Part shown: piece after piece, positions 9,596 to 19,298 of the stretch | How positions within the stretch are numbered: position 1 is the stretch's first letter | Layout: each line of letters opens with the position of its first letter | Source: Gammaproteobacteria bacterium | Lineage (GTDB): Bacteria > Pseudomonadota > Gammaproteobacteria > SZUA-229 | Length of the DNA stretch: 41,436 nt | NCBI GenBank assembly: GCA_023136715.1 | Contig: JAGLQT010000073.1 | Location: 1-41,436, forward strand | Reading direction: 5' to 3' | The notes under the pieces: generated by a model | Databases searched by the model: none | What the model was told of the DNA's origin: nothing | The model's input: the letters and a program-made list of their open reading frames with translations, nothing else | Made by a program: the position numbers and the translations under genes

Positions 9596-10542
9596 TGCGA
9601 TTGCCCTGTTCACAAAAAGGTGTGGCTTTAATCACCGCTCTGTTGATCGTTGCACTGGCCACGGTGATCAGCGTCGAACTCAGTACCCGATTACAACTGG
9701 ACATTCGCCGTACAAGTAATATTATTGCCAGTGATCAGGCTCTGCTATACATGATGGAAGCGGAACACTGGTCTCGCCGTATTTTAAGAGATGATCGCCT
9801 TGATAATACTCATGATTCTCTTGATGAAGACTGGGCCATGGAAATACCACCCCTGCCCGTGGAAGGTGGCAGCATACAGGGCAAGTTGAGTGATTTACAG
9901 GCCTGCTTCAATCTCAATTCACTTTATCAAAACAACCCGTCAAACGATACTCTCGCTCAGGATCGCTTCAGGCGTTTGATGCAACAATTGGATTCACCAC
10001 CAAACACGGATCTGTCACAGGCTATTATCGACTGGATTGATAATGAACCTAACACTATCACCGGAATTCCTGATGGCGCTGAAGACAGCTACTATCTCAA
10101 TCTGGAATGGCCTTATCGCAGTGCCAATCAGGCGATTAAAAGTATCAGTGAGCTCCGCTTGATCAGAGGATTTGAGGACGATGAAGTCTTCCAGCAAATA
10201 CAAAACTGGACTTGCGCTTTCGGAGCAGCTGCGCCCATCAACGTCAACACAGCACCCATAGAAGTGCTAGAATCTTTGGCGAACGGAATTAGCACTACAC
10301 AGGCCGCTAGCATTGTTACAAACAGGCAAGACACCCCTTATCAAACAACGAACGATTTCGTGACTACAAACAATCTTTCTACTATCATAACGAACACAAA
10401 CGGCCTCTCTATCAGTAGCGAATACTTCCTACTGGAAACCGAAGCCAACATTGGACAGGCAAGAACTCTGATGTACAGCATTATTCATAGAGAAAATAAT
10501 GGCGACACGCAGGTAATTGCTCGCTCACAGGGAGCCTATTAG
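9595..10542 (+). CDS. gspK: type II secretion minor pseudopilin GspK
   Basis: 315 aa with an N-terminal GVALITALLIVALATVISVEL helix and no Glu5-type prepilin motif, as is typical for GspK. DEDWA and YYLNLEWPYRSAN motifs are present. ATGA-type overlap with gspJ. Confidence 0.9.
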   Translation: MRLPCSQKGVALITALLIVALATVISVELSTRLQLDIRRTSNIIASDQALLYMMEAEHWSRRILRDDRLDNTHDSLDEDWAMEIPPLPVEGGSIQGKLSDLQACFNLNSLYQNNPSNDTLAQDRFRRLMQQLDSPPNTDLSQAIIDWIDNEPNTITGIPDGAEDSYYLNLEWPYRSANQAIKSISELRLIRGFEDDEVFQQIQNWTCAFGAAAPINVNTAPIEVLESLANGISTTQAASIVTNRQDTPYQTTNDFVTTNNLSTIITNTNGLSISSEYFLLETEANIGQARTLMYSIIHRENNGDTQVIARSQGAY

Positions 10543-11786
10543 TGGCTGACACATTACTCATACACTTTAATCCAAAAGACGCAGACAATGCTGCATGGTC
10601 TTTGGTTAATAGTGCAGGTGAACTGGCTACCATGCTTTCCCATGGCTCACTAAATGATGCCAGCCCACTCGCAGAAAAACATAGAACTGTTGTTTTACTC
10701 GATAGCACAGCGATACATGTTGACTCGATTAAACTACCTATCAAGAACCATCAAAAGCTATTGCGCGCCGCACCATTTGCTCTTGAAGAAAAAATCGCTG
10801 ACGACATTGATGACCTTCATTTTGTTGCAGGCAAAACTGCCAGTGACGGTCGCACACCGGTTGCTGCGATTAGTCGCAACACCCTGGACGGCATTCTTGA
10901 AACTTTAAAACAATACAAAATAGAACCTGCTGCCATAATTCCAGACGCTCTTTGCCTGACTGCAAATTCGCAACAATGGTCTGTGCTACTACACGATGAT
11001 CAGGCCAATATACAGTTTGATACTTTTGATGGAGGTGAATTTGATCGCAATATACTCGCTCTGTTGCTTGAGTCAGAGTTACTGAAAGAAGACCGCAAAA
11101 CACCTGAAAAAATTATCCTGTTTACCACCGATGGTGATGACACAGATACTCAGGAAATCAATGACATCATTCCTGATGGCACCGAGCTAATCCGAGTTAG
11201 CTACAACACCCATCCTTTAGTTGTCTATTGCGGTGAATATAATCATGCTCTGCCACTGAACCTTTTACAGGGTGAATACAAACCAGAATCAAAAACCAGT
11301 GTTAACTGGCATCGCTGGCGCTTTGCTGCCTCACTAGCTGTAATATGGTTGTGCTTACATCTTGGCATTACCAGCGTACAGAAACATGCGTTTCAGGACA
11401 GCAATAAAAAACTGCAAGTTGAAATTGATAACATCTACAAAAAAGCTTTCCCACAGAGCAAGCGTATTGTAAATGCCCGAGTTCAGATGGAACAGAAACT
11501 CGATGAGCTAAAAGGTTTGGGCAAGGCCGGATCAAACACCAGCTTGATCACTTTACTTGCAGATTCAAGTGCCGCATTATCCAGTGAAAAATCGGTAGCC
11601 ATTCAGTCCATCAACTATCGAAACAAGACTATTGATATTGAAGTGACTGGTGCAAACCTGCAAAACATCGAACAACTAAATAAAAAACTGAACAATACTT
11701 CTTTGAAAGCAGAAATTATTTCTTCATCCTCAGAGAAAAACCAGGTGAAAGGTAATATTCGAATAAAACGTGCAAACCAATCATGA
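10542..11786 (+). CDS. gspL: type II secretion protein GspL
   Basis: 414 aa with a cytoplasmic domain, a single TM (FAASLAVIWLCLHLGI) and a periplasmic domain. The GTG start overlaps the gspK TAG (TAGTG). Position is between gspK and gspM. Confidence 0.88.
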   Translation: MADTLLIHFNPKDADNAAWSLVNSAGELATMLSHGSLNDASPLAEKHRTVVLLDSTAIHVDSIKLPIKNHQKLLRAAPFALEEKIADDIDDLHFVAGKTASDGRTPVAAISRNTLDGILETLKQYKIEPAAIIPDALCLTANSQQWSVLLHDDQANIQFDTFDGGEFDRNILALLLESELLKEDRKTPEKIILFTTDGDDTDTQEINDIIPDGTELIRVSYNTHPLVVYCGEYNHALPLNLLQGEYKPESKTSVNWHRWRFAASLAVIWLCLHLGITSVQKHAFQDSNKKLQVEIDNIYKKAFPQSKRIVNARVQMEQKLDELKGLGKAGSNTSLITLLADSSAALSSEKSVAIQSINYRNKTIDIEVTGANLQNIEQLNKKLNNTSLKAEIISSSSEKNQVKGNIRIKRANQS

Positions 11787-12286
11787 AGCAACAACTCGAC
11801 ACTTTTAACATCTGGTATAGCAGCCTGCCAACTCGTGATAGAAACCTGCTCATCGCCACTGTCACACTGATTGTTATCACGCTATTTTATCTCCTGGTGT
11901 GGGAACCAATACATCAGGGGCGTGACCAGCAACAACAGAAATTTAAATCACAACAGGACATATACAGCTGGATGCAATCGGCATCCAGGGAATTGCAGAC
12001 ACTTAAACGCTCGGGCACTAGAAAAGTATCCAGCAAACAACCTATTTCACTAATTATTGAGAACAGCGCGAAGATTTCAGGATTAAAACAATATATCAAC
12101 AAGATTGAGTCCTCCGGTAAAAATGGCGCGCGCGTTAAGATCGACTCCGCTTCTTTTGATCAACTACTCGTCTGGCTAAACACCCTGGAACAACAACACG
12201 GTGTCACTGTCACCACAGCCAGCATTGAACGCAATGACAAAACCGGAACCATCAGTGCACGTCTCTCTTTTGAAAAAATAGAATGA
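11783..12286 (+). CDS. gspM: type II secretion protein GspM
   Basis: 167 aa with one N-terminal TM (LLIATVTLIVITLFYLLVW). ATGA overlaps at both ends. Canonical position. Confidence 0.88.
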   Translation: MKQQLDTFNIWYSSLPTRDRNLLIATVTLIVITLFYLLVWEPIHQGRDQQQQKFKSQQDIYSWMQSASRELQTLKRSGTRKVSSKQPISLIIENSAKISGLKQYINKIESSGKNGARVKIDSASFDQLLVWLNTLEQQHGVTVTTASIERNDKTGTISARLSFEKIE

Positions 12287-13053
12287 AAATAAAATATTAC
12301 ATAATCACTGGCACATTGGCTCTAGCCACGTTTTTAATCATTAATATACCTGCGGCGCCAGTGATCAAAGCGCTTAAAGATCAACTGCCACAAATTAAAA
12401 TTCAGAATGTCAGCGGAACGCTATGGCAGGGTTCTGCCCAACAGGTCACCATACAATCCAAACACGTTTTGAAAAATATAAACTGGTCTGTTTGCATTAG
12501 TCATTTATTAATGGCTGAAGCCTGTATTGAATTTGACGCCATGTACAACAAGAGCCCATTAAGCGGTCAAGTAAGTGCTGACATGAATAAAAACATTCAG
12601 GCAAACAATATTAAAACAACCATGAGTGCGCAGGCGCTCAGTCAAATGATCACCATGCCAATGGGTGAAATTGCTGGTGATATTTCTGTTGACCTGGAAA
12701 CATTAAACTGGCGACAGGGAGAAATACCTTCTGCTAACGGCGTTATAAAGTGGAATAAGGCCAGCATCACTATTGCTGAAACAGCTCAACTCGGTGACAT
12801 AAGCATTACCCTGACAGAATCCGAAGAAAACCCGATTAATGCCAAAATATCTAATCAGGGCGGTCAGCTTTCAATAGACGGCCTGGCCTCTGTTAATGCA
12901 ACGACCGATTACAGTCTCGATCTAAGCTTCACGCCGAATAAAAAAGCCAGTAAAAACCTGAAAGACAGCTTAAGTTTATTCGCCAAACCCCAGGCCAATG
13001 GTAGCTTTTCTGTAAAAAACAGCGGCAACCTGAAACAACTAGGCTTTATGTAA
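12283..13053 (+). CDS. gspN: type II secretion protein GspN
   Basis: 256 aa with an N-terminal TM and a GspN-like motif (IQNVSGTLWQGSAQQV...NINWSV). It is the last gene of the cluster and is coupled to gspM. Confidence 0.8.
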   Translation: MKIKYYIITGTLALATFLIINIPAAPVIKALKDQLPQIKIQNVSGTLWQGSAQQVTIQSKHVLKNINWSVCISHLLMAEACIEFDAMYNKSPLSGQVSADMNKNIQANNIKTTMSAQALSQMITMPMGEIAGDISVDLETLNWRQGEIPSANGVIKWNKASITIAETAQLGDISITLTESEENPINAKISNQGGQLSIDGLASVNATTDYSLDLSFTPNKKASKNLKDSLSLFAKPQANGSFSVKNSGNLKQLGFM

Positions 13054-13078
13054 CATACCCTGACAAATGTAATTCTCA

Positions 13079-13495
13079 ATGAGCACGAAAACTAATTCAA
13101 AAAAAATAGAAATCACACCTGAAAATAAATGCAATTTTTGCACAGGTTCAATTTGCTGCACCTATGTTACGCACGCAATTGATTCACCCAGATCAAAAGA
13201 TGATTTTCAGCAACTACTATGGCAGGTCTCACACGATAATATCAGCATCTACAAGGATGAAGATGGCTGGACCCTACTTGTCAGTGGGAAATGCCAACAC
13301 CTACAGATTAATGGTGATTGCGGCATCTATCACACGCGTCCTGAAATATGTCGCGAGCACACCAATGATTACTGCGAATACGACGCGCCTTCAGAAGATG
13401 GTTTTGAATTATATTTTAAAAATTACGAAGACTTATTGGCTTACTGCAAAAAACGCTATAAAAAATGGGACGATCAATTTAAAAATAAAACCTGA
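13079..13495 (+). CDS. YkgJ-family cysteine-cluster (CxxCxxCC-type) protein
   Basis: 138 aa. N-terminal cluster CNFCTGSICC and second cluster CQHLQINGDCGIYHTRPEICREH, as in the putative Zn/Fe-chelating YkgJ family. It lies 25 nt after gspN on the same strand. Confidence 0.7.
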   Translation: MSTKTNSKKIEITPENKCNFCTGSICCTYVTHAIDSPRSKDDFQQLLWQVSHDNISIYKDEDGWTLLVSGKCQHLQINGDCGIYHTRPEICREHTNDYCEYDAPSEDGFELYFKNYEDLLAYCKKRYKKWDDQFKNKT

Positions 13496-13496
13496 A

Positions 13497-14159
13497 TCAA
13501 TCTGGCATGACATCGGCAAATCGATGTACTGCATGAAAATGCAACGTTTCAACTTCAGCGGCCTGACTATCTGGCTGTAATATCGCTAGTAAATATTTAA
13601 TGCCGTAGTGCTCTGCACTTTCCAGCACTTCCAGATTATCATCGATCAGAAGAGTGCTTGAGGAATCAAAAGGTTCAGTCTCATGTAATGATGCCCAAAA
13701 ACCATCATGCTCTTTTGCCAGACCAATATCATGCGAATTGATCATTCGATCAAAATACATATCCAGGCCTGTTTTTTTCATTTTTAGTGACAGACTGGCA
13801 GGATGAGCATTGGTGACCAACACGATACGTTTGCCTGCATCTTTCATTGCCTGCAAGAATTCACGAACCTCTGGTCGTACCGCAATCTTATGTGACACCT
13901 CGTGTTTTAGCTGCTCAATATCCAGACCAAGTTTATCCGTCCAGAAATCAACACAGTACCAATCCAGTTTACCTTTAGCATCTTTGTAATGACTCATCAG
14001 AACATCGTTCGCCTGTTCGTGATTCATCTCATGCTTGTCAGCAAAACAAACCGGCACATACTCAAGCCAAAAGTGATTATCAAAATGTAAATCGAGCAGA
14101 GTACCATCAAGATCCAGAAAGACCGTTTTAATTTCTTGCCAATCCAGATAGTTATTCAT
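13497..14159 (-). CDS. yrfG: HAD-family GMP/IMP nucleotidase (YrfG-like)
   Basis: HAD motif I (FLDLDGTLLDLHFDN). Blocks such as LDWYCVDFWTDKLGLDI, VLVTNAHP and LLIDDNLEVLESA closely resemble E. coli YrfG as recalled. Confidence 0.8.
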   Translation of the reverse strand: MNNYLDWQEIKTVFLDLDGTLLDLHFDNHFWLEYVPVCFADKHEMNHEQANDVLMSHYKDAKGKLDWYCVDFWTDKLGLDIEQLKHEVSHKIAVRPEVREFLQAMKDAGKRIVLVTNAHPASLSLKMKKTGLDMYFDRMINSHDIGLAKEHDGFWASLHETEPFDSSSTLLIDDNLEVLESAEHYGIKYLLAILQPDSQAAEVETLHFHAVHRFADVMPD

Positions 14160-14252
14160 AAAAACCCCTTAATTACAGACAGAAAACTGGGGATATAGTA
14201 ACATCCCGTTTCCATAATTTATAAAGCCAAAAAACAAAGTCAGGCCACCATC

Positions 14253-15071
14253 ATGTCAGAATCTCTCAATCTCGAACACCTGTGCAAACAATGTGTAGAT
14301 ATCGCACGCGAAGCCGGTGAAAGAATACTGGAAATTTACAATAGCGACTACAATATTGAAGAAAAAGATGACAAATCTCCTTTAACTGATGCTGATATGG
14401 CTGCGCACAATACAATTATTAAAGCCTTAACCACTCTAACCCCTGATATTCCCATTTTATCTGAAGAGTCAGCCAAGCTGCCGTTTGAAGAACGTAAAAA
14501 GTGGCAGACTTACTGGCTGGTTGACCCGCTGGATGGCACTAAAGAATTTATAAAACGTAATGGCGAATTCACCGTCAATATCGCACTCATCAATAATCAC
14601 AGGAGCATTATTGGCGTGATCCACGTTCCGGTCCTTAATATCGATTATTTTGGCTGGAAGAATGGCGGCTCTTTCAAAATAGAACAGGGCGGTGAGGCTA
14701 AAACCATACAAGTTCGTAAACAAACTACTGACAAACTTGTTGTCGTAGGCAGCCGCTCACACGGCTCCGAGCAATTACAGGCTTACATGAAGAATCTTGG
14801 TGATTCTGAATTGCTTAGCATGGGCAGCTCACTCAAATTCTGCCTGGTGGCAGAGGGAAAAGCTGATCTATACCCAAGAATTGGTCTCACCTCTGAATGG
14901 GATACTGGTGCCGCGCACTGCATTGTCGAACAGGCCGGTGGCCGTGTCACTAAACTAGATATGACAGAGCTAGAATACAATACCAAAGACAGCCTGCTCA
15001 ATCCCTTTTTCTTTGTTTTTGGTGATAACAGCAGAGACTGGTCAGCCTATCTTGAGCCGACAGCTGATTGA
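14253..15071 (+). CDS. cysQ: 3'(2'),5'-bisphosphate nucleotidase CysQ
   Basis: Inositol-monophosphatase-fold motifs (SPLTDADMAAH, WLVDPLDGTKEF, WDTGAAHCIVEQAGG). 272 aa. Confidence 0.88.
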   Translation: MSESLNLEHLCKQCVDIAREAGERILEIYNSDYNIEEKDDKSPLTDADMAAHNTIIKALTTLTPDIPILSEESAKLPFEERKKWQTYWLVDPLDGTKEFIKRNGEFTVNIALINNHRSIIGVIHVPVLNIDYFGWKNGGSFKIEQGGEAKTIQVRKQTTDKLVVVGSRSHGSEQLQAYMKNLGDSELLSMGSSLKFCLVAEGKADLYPRIGLTSEWDTGAAHCIVEQAGGRVTKLDMTELEYNTKDSLLNPFFFVFGDNSRDWSAYLEPTAD

Positions 15072-15130
15072 AGATACAAATAAAGATTGGGCAGCCTCTG
15101 ACTAAACATTAAAAAACTGGATTAATCTGT

Positions 15131-15472
15131 TTAGTCGGATCCACCCTTTCTGCGCTCAAATGGAATCAGGACGCCGTTATCATCTACCAACGGAAATTCC
15201 CTGTCATCACCGAAACGCCTTTCGTGATCAGGTAAATCGCTGCTTTTATCTATCAACAACTCAGACTCTCCATCCTTTACCTGCATTCCTGCGTTAATAT
15301 ACTCAACAGGATCAACTGAGTTCTTGTAGCGCATCCAGAGCACCAGAGCACCCGCCACCATTAATAAAGTCGATGAAAAAAATATCAGGCGCGATTCCAC
15401 CAATATCATGCAGAGCAAGCCCAAACTGATATAAAAATACGGCAATAAGTGATATATCGATCTCGGCAGCAT
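15131..15472 (-). CDS. hypothetical small membrane protein (two predicted TM helices plus a charged C-terminal tail)
   Basis: 113-aa ORF with two hydrophobic segments (LLPYFYISLGLLCMILV, LLMVAGALVLWM). No motif was recognised. Confidence 0.45.
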   Translation of the reverse strand: MLPRSIYHLLPYFYISLGLLCMILVESRLIFFSSTLLMVAGALVLWMRYKNSVDPVEYINAGMQVKDGESELLIDKSSDLPDHERRFGDDREFPLVDDNGVLIPFERRKGGSD

Positions 15473-15642
15473 AGTTAATACCTCTTTGGATGCTTCAATT
15501 CTTTCATGAATGACGCACCAAACATATAAACAGCTTTTATATTCATTAGGCTAGCAATAACCCCCATGAAAATCTAGACTTTACAGTACCATTGGTTCTG
15601 GTTAAATTGGACTTCGTCTGAAAGAAAATATAAAGGAATACG

Positions 15643-16524
15643 ATGATAATCACCTTTTATGGTGTCCGAGGTTCAGCGCCCACACCTGGGCCAACAACGC
15701 TCAAATACGGCGGCAACACTTCCTGTGTGCATCTGGCGCTGGATAACGGGCAGGATGTGATTCTTGATGCCGGCACGGGCATGAAAAAACTGGGCCTCAA
15801 TCTTTTAAACAAAACCACACCCATCAACATTATTCTGTCACACGTACACTGGGATCATATTCAAGGCTATCCTTTCTTTAGTCCTATCTTTCAAACTGAG
15901 CGCCAAATTGATGTGTTTTCAAGTACGGAATCTAATGATCGCGCTCCCGGTGCATTATTTAAACAAATGGATGGTGTCAATTTCCCGGTGACACTCGATC
16001 AACTACCCTCAAAGAATAACTGTATTTTTGATAATGTTGAAACCATCTTGCAACAACGGAATATTCACATCACAAAAAAACCACTTAATCACCCGGGTGG
16101 CGGCACTGCATATCGGTTTGAAGAAGATGGCATGAGCTGCGCTTATGTCACCGATAACGAACTGGATCCACCTGATAAGGTTCACACCAGTTATGATGAA
16201 TGGGTTAATTTTCTACACGGTGTCGATGTACTGATTCACGACGCTCAATATACTGAAGAAGATATGCCACACAAACATGGCTGGGGACACTCATTAATAT
16301 CCCAGGTCAGACAACTCGCCATCGATGCCGAAGTTGGTACATTGGTCATGTTTCATCATGATCCAGATCGCAGCGATGCGGAACTCGATGAAGTTCAAAT
16401 AGAAAATGAAGCCCACTTCAAAAATAAACGAAACCCAACTCAAAGCATTTGCGCCGCAGAAGGTATGCAGATAAAACTTTCCAGACCGATAATCGGTGGC
16501 GATACACTAGTCGAAATTCTTTAG
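15643..16524 (+). CDS. MBL-fold metallo-hydrolase
   Basis: N-terminal YGVRGS and the metallo-beta-lactamase motif SHVHWDHIQG, with later His/Asp ligands (HDAQY, MFHHDPD). 293 aa. Confidence 0.8.
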   Translation: MIITFYGVRGSAPTPGPTTLKYGGNTSCVHLALDNGQDVILDAGTGMKKLGLNLLNKTTPINIILSHVHWDHIQGYPFFSPIFQTERQIDVFSSTESNDRAPGALFKQMDGVNFPVTLDQLPSKNNCIFDNVETILQQRNIHITKKPLNHPGGGTAYRFEEDGMSCAYVTDNELDPPDKVHTSYDEWVNFLHGVDVLIHDAQYTEEDMPHKHGWGHSLISQVRQLAIDAEVGTLVMFHHDPDRSDAELDEVQIENEAHFKNKRNPTQSICAAEGMQIKLSRPIIGGDTLVEIL

Positions 16525-16537
16525 CGGTACTAAAATA

Positions 16538-17515
16538 ATGAAAATTCTTGTTGTCGGTGGCGCCGGTTATATCGGCTCTCACATGGTTAAACAACTTGCC
16601 TTATCAAATCATGAAGTTGTCACTCTGGATAACTTAAGTTGCGGTTACAAAGATGCGGTTAAATATGGCGAACTTGTCATCGGTGATCTTGGTGATGTTA
16701 ATGTTCTCAAACAATTGTTTAGCAACCATAAATTTGATGCCGTGATGCACTTTGCCGCTTTTATCGAAGTTGGCGAGTCAGTGATTAATCCTGCCAAGTA
16801 TTATCACAACAATGTCTCCAATACCCATGTGCTACTCGATGCCATGGTCAAACATGATATCGAAAATTTTATCTTTTCATCCACTGCCGCTATCTTTGGT
16901 GAACCTCAATACACTCCCGTTGACGAAGGACATCCCCAACATCCTATTAACCCGTATGGTCGCAGCAAGTTAATGGTCGAACACATGCTGGAAGACTATG
17001 ATGAAGCATACGGCTTGAAATCAACCTGTATGCGCTATTTCAACGCCGCTGGCGCTGATCCAGATGGCGAACTGGGCGAACGCCATAATCCTGAATCACA
17101 CCTGGTTCCACTTATCCTGCAGGCGGCTTCTGGACGACGAGCTGATATCAAAATATTTGGTCAGGATTACCCCACCGACGATGGTACCTGTGTACGCGAC
17201 TATGTACATATCAACGATTTATGCGATGCTCACTCACTGGCACTGAGCAGAATGCAAAAAACCGGCAGCAGTGCTCGCTACAATCTGGGTAATGGCAAAG
17301 GATTTTCGGTACAACAGGTGATTGATACCGCCAAACAGGTTTCATGTAGAGATTTCAAGGTGGTCATAACAGATAGACGTGCCGGTGACCCAGCCGTCCT
17401 GGTCGCCGATGCCAGACTCGCCAAACAGGAACTCAACTGGCAACCTAAATTCGATCAATTGGAAACAATTATTGAAACAGCCTGGCAATGGGAAACAAAT
17501 TTCTTTACTCAATGA
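16538..17515 (+). CDS. galE: UDP-glucose 4-epimerase GalE
   Basis: Rossmann motif VVGGAGYIGSH, catalytic YGRSK and the DGTCVRDYVHINDL block. 325 aa. Confidence 0.92.
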   Translation: MKILVVGGAGYIGSHMVKQLALSNHEVVTLDNLSCGYKDAVKYGELVIGDLGDVNVLKQLFSNHKFDAVMHFAAFIEVGESVINPAKYYHNNVSNTHVLLDAMVKHDIENFIFSSTAAIFGEPQYTPVDEGHPQHPINPYGRSKLMVEHMLEDYDEAYGLKSTCMRYFNAAGADPDGELGERHNPESHLVPLILQAASGRRADIKIFGQDYPTDDGTCVRDYVHINDLCDAHSLALSRMQKTGSSARYNLGNGKGFSVQQVIDTAKQVSCRDFKVVITDRRAGDPAVLVADARLAKQELNWQPKFDQLETIIETAWQWETNFFTQ

Positions 17516-17545
17516 TTCTTTCGCCACTAACACCTTAAAAAAATG

Positions 17546-17570
17546 AAGGGGCTTTATAGCCCCCTTTTTT
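17546..17570. terminator. bidirectional rho-independent terminator between convergent galE and fccB
   Basis: GC stem GGGGC(T)/(A)GCCCC with a 4-nt loop. It is flanked by an A-run upstream and T6 downstream (AAAAAAATGAAGGGGCTTTATAGCCCCCTTTTTT). Confidence 0.7.
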
Positions 17571-17579
17571 GAAATCAAC

Positions 17580-18866
17580 CTATTCCTCTTTGGCGAATGC
17601 ATCAGCCGTAATGGACTTATACCAACCCAAGGCATATTTTGATTCCTGAAGCCGAGTTTTCTTTGAAGCTTTATTCGGACTATCCTTAACCGATACCGCT
17701 TTAATTTTATTATCTTTCAATCGATAAACCGATGCTCGTGAAATAGCATATTTTTTTGACAACAGACTATAGATGCTAGTGCTATAGACCATCTCCGGTA
17801 TAGCCACGCCTCTTATATCAGAGACAATGTTTGCTGCACAAATCTTTGCCTGAGTATTGGCTGCATGCCCCGTTTTTGGCATATCACCCACTATGCTCGC
17901 GTCACCAATTACATGTATATCTTTCTGCTTTAAAGATTCGAATGTTTTCTGATTGACTGGGCACCAGCCATCCTGATCAGTCAAGGCGGTGTTAACAGCG
18001 ATAGTGTTCGCCTGTTGCGGTGGAATAAGATTAACCACTGCCCCCTTAAATTCCTGTCCCGAGCTGGAAAATAATTGCATACTGCCTGCATCCACTCTTT
18101 CGATGCGACCAACATCACTACCACTGACCCATTCGATCATTCCCGGATATAATTTTTTCCACCCCGCCTCAAACAGTGACTGCTTGGCAAAAGTTTTATT
18201 GGAATCCACAATCAGAACTTTGGATTTCGGCTTGGCTTTTTTCAGATAATAAGCGATGAGGCTGGCACGTTCATAAGGAGCCGGTGGCGCACGAAATGGT
18301 TCCGGTGGTGGCGCAATAATAACAACACCGCCATCGTCCATTGCCTGTAGCTGCTTGCGTAATAAAATTGTTTGTTCACCCGCTCGCCATGCATGCGGCA
18401 TGATGTGGCTTGCCTCATCATCATAACCCTTGATCAGGCCCCATCTAAAGCCGATGCCTGGAGAAATAACCAGACGATCATAACTCAGCTTGTTTCCATT
18501 GTTCAGGATAACGATTTTTTTTGTAGCATCAATATCGATAACCGTGTCATTTACCACATGGATTTTATTATGGTCACGCAAGCGATCATAATTATGTGTA
18601 ATAAATTCCATGTCATGCAGCCCTGCCAGCACGGTATTGCTGAACGGACAGGTAACAAATTCTTTTTTTGGTTCGACCAGTGTGACGTCGATAGCCGGAT
18701 CAAAGTGCTTGAGGTAATTCGCACAGGTCGCACCACCAAAACCACCGCCGATAATAACAACTCGGTAAGCGGCTGTTGCACTCGCTCTGATCGGCAAAGC
18801 CAGCATACTTGATGCACTACTGACACCAACAAGCTTGATAAAATCTCTACGGTTTAAATTTCTCAT
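17580..18866 (-). CDS. fccB: flavocytochrome c sulfide dehydrogenase, flavoprotein subunit (FccB/SoxF-type)
   Basis: Tat signal (RRDFIKLVGVSSAS), FAD-binding VVIIGGGFGGATCA, 428 aa. The start overlaps the stop of a monoheme cytochrome gene (ATGA). Confidence 0.88.
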   Translation of the reverse strand: MRNLNRRDFIKLVGVSSASSMLALPIRASATAAYRVVIIGGGFGGATCANYLKHFDPAIDVTLVEPKKEFVTCPFSNTVLAGLHDMEFITHNYDRLRDHNKIHVVNDTVIDIDATKKIVILNNGNKLSYDRLVISPGIGFRWGLIKGYDDEASHIMPHAWRAGEQTILLRKQLQAMDDGGVVIIAPPPEPFRAPPAPYERASLIAYYLKKAKPKSKVLIVDSNKTFAKQSLFEAGWKKLYPGMIEWVSGSDVGRIERVDAGSMQLFSSSGQEFKGAVVNLIPPQQANTIAVNTALTDQDGWCPVNQKTFESLKQKDIHVIGDASIVGDMPKTGHAANTQAKICAANIVSDIRGVAIPEMVYSTSIYSLLSKKYAISRASVYRLKDNKIKAVSVKDSPNKASKKTRLQESKYALGWYKSITADAFAKEE

Positions 18867-19177
18867 TGTTTAGCCTCATAGAAATATTTGGCAAGTAAGT
18901 TAATTTCTTCATCGCTATAGGAGCTGGCGTGTCGATCCATAATCGTTGCTCTTTCCGTACCCTCTTTAAATCCGTGCATGTACTCAGCAAGTTCATGATC
19001 ACTATGATTATCTATGGAAGGAATTCGCTTTGAACCCTGTCCACCAGGGCCGTGACAGGTGACACACATAGTGGCTAACAATGCACCACGATCAATGCCC
19101 TGTGCTGTAGCAGAACTGGAAAACAACAACGCAACAAAACCGACTATTGTAAATAGTTCCTTCATCATTTTTATCAT
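18863..19177 (-). CDS. fccA: flavocytochrome c sulfide dehydrogenase, monoheme cytochrome c subunit
   Basis: 104 aa with a signal peptide and a single CVTCHGPGG heme motif. Translationally coupled to fccB. Confidence 0.8.
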   Translation of the reverse strand: MIKMMKELFTIVGFVALLFSSSATAQGIDRGALLATMCVTCHGPGGQGSKRIPSIDNHSDHELAEYMHGFKEGTERATIMDRHASSYSDEEINLLAKYFYEAKQ

Positions 19178-19231
19178 GATCAGTTACCTCCTTCTGATTT
19201 TTTTGTAAACGATTATTATGCTAGTCCAGAA

Positions 19232-19268
19232 CAAAAAACAGCCGGATGAAAAGTTCCACCCGGCTGTT
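19232..19268 (-). terminator. rho-independent terminator downstream of the cytochrome-porin gene
   Basis: On the minus strand, an ACAGCCGG/CCGGCTGT stem (8-9 bp, 14-nt loop) is followed by TTTTTTGTT. It begins about 30 nt after the stop at 19299. Confidence 0.6.
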
Positions 19269-19298
19269 AATTACCTGCATATTTCGATGCAACCTTTT

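Noticed and set aside
15100-15136. 9-bp inverted repeat GACTAAACA/TGTTTAGTC between cysQ and the small membrane protein gene, considered as a terminator.
   Set aside because: The 19-nt loop and AT-rich stem are unfavourable and there is no U-tract. The right arm overlaps the stop codon of the minus-strand ORF. The evidence is weak.
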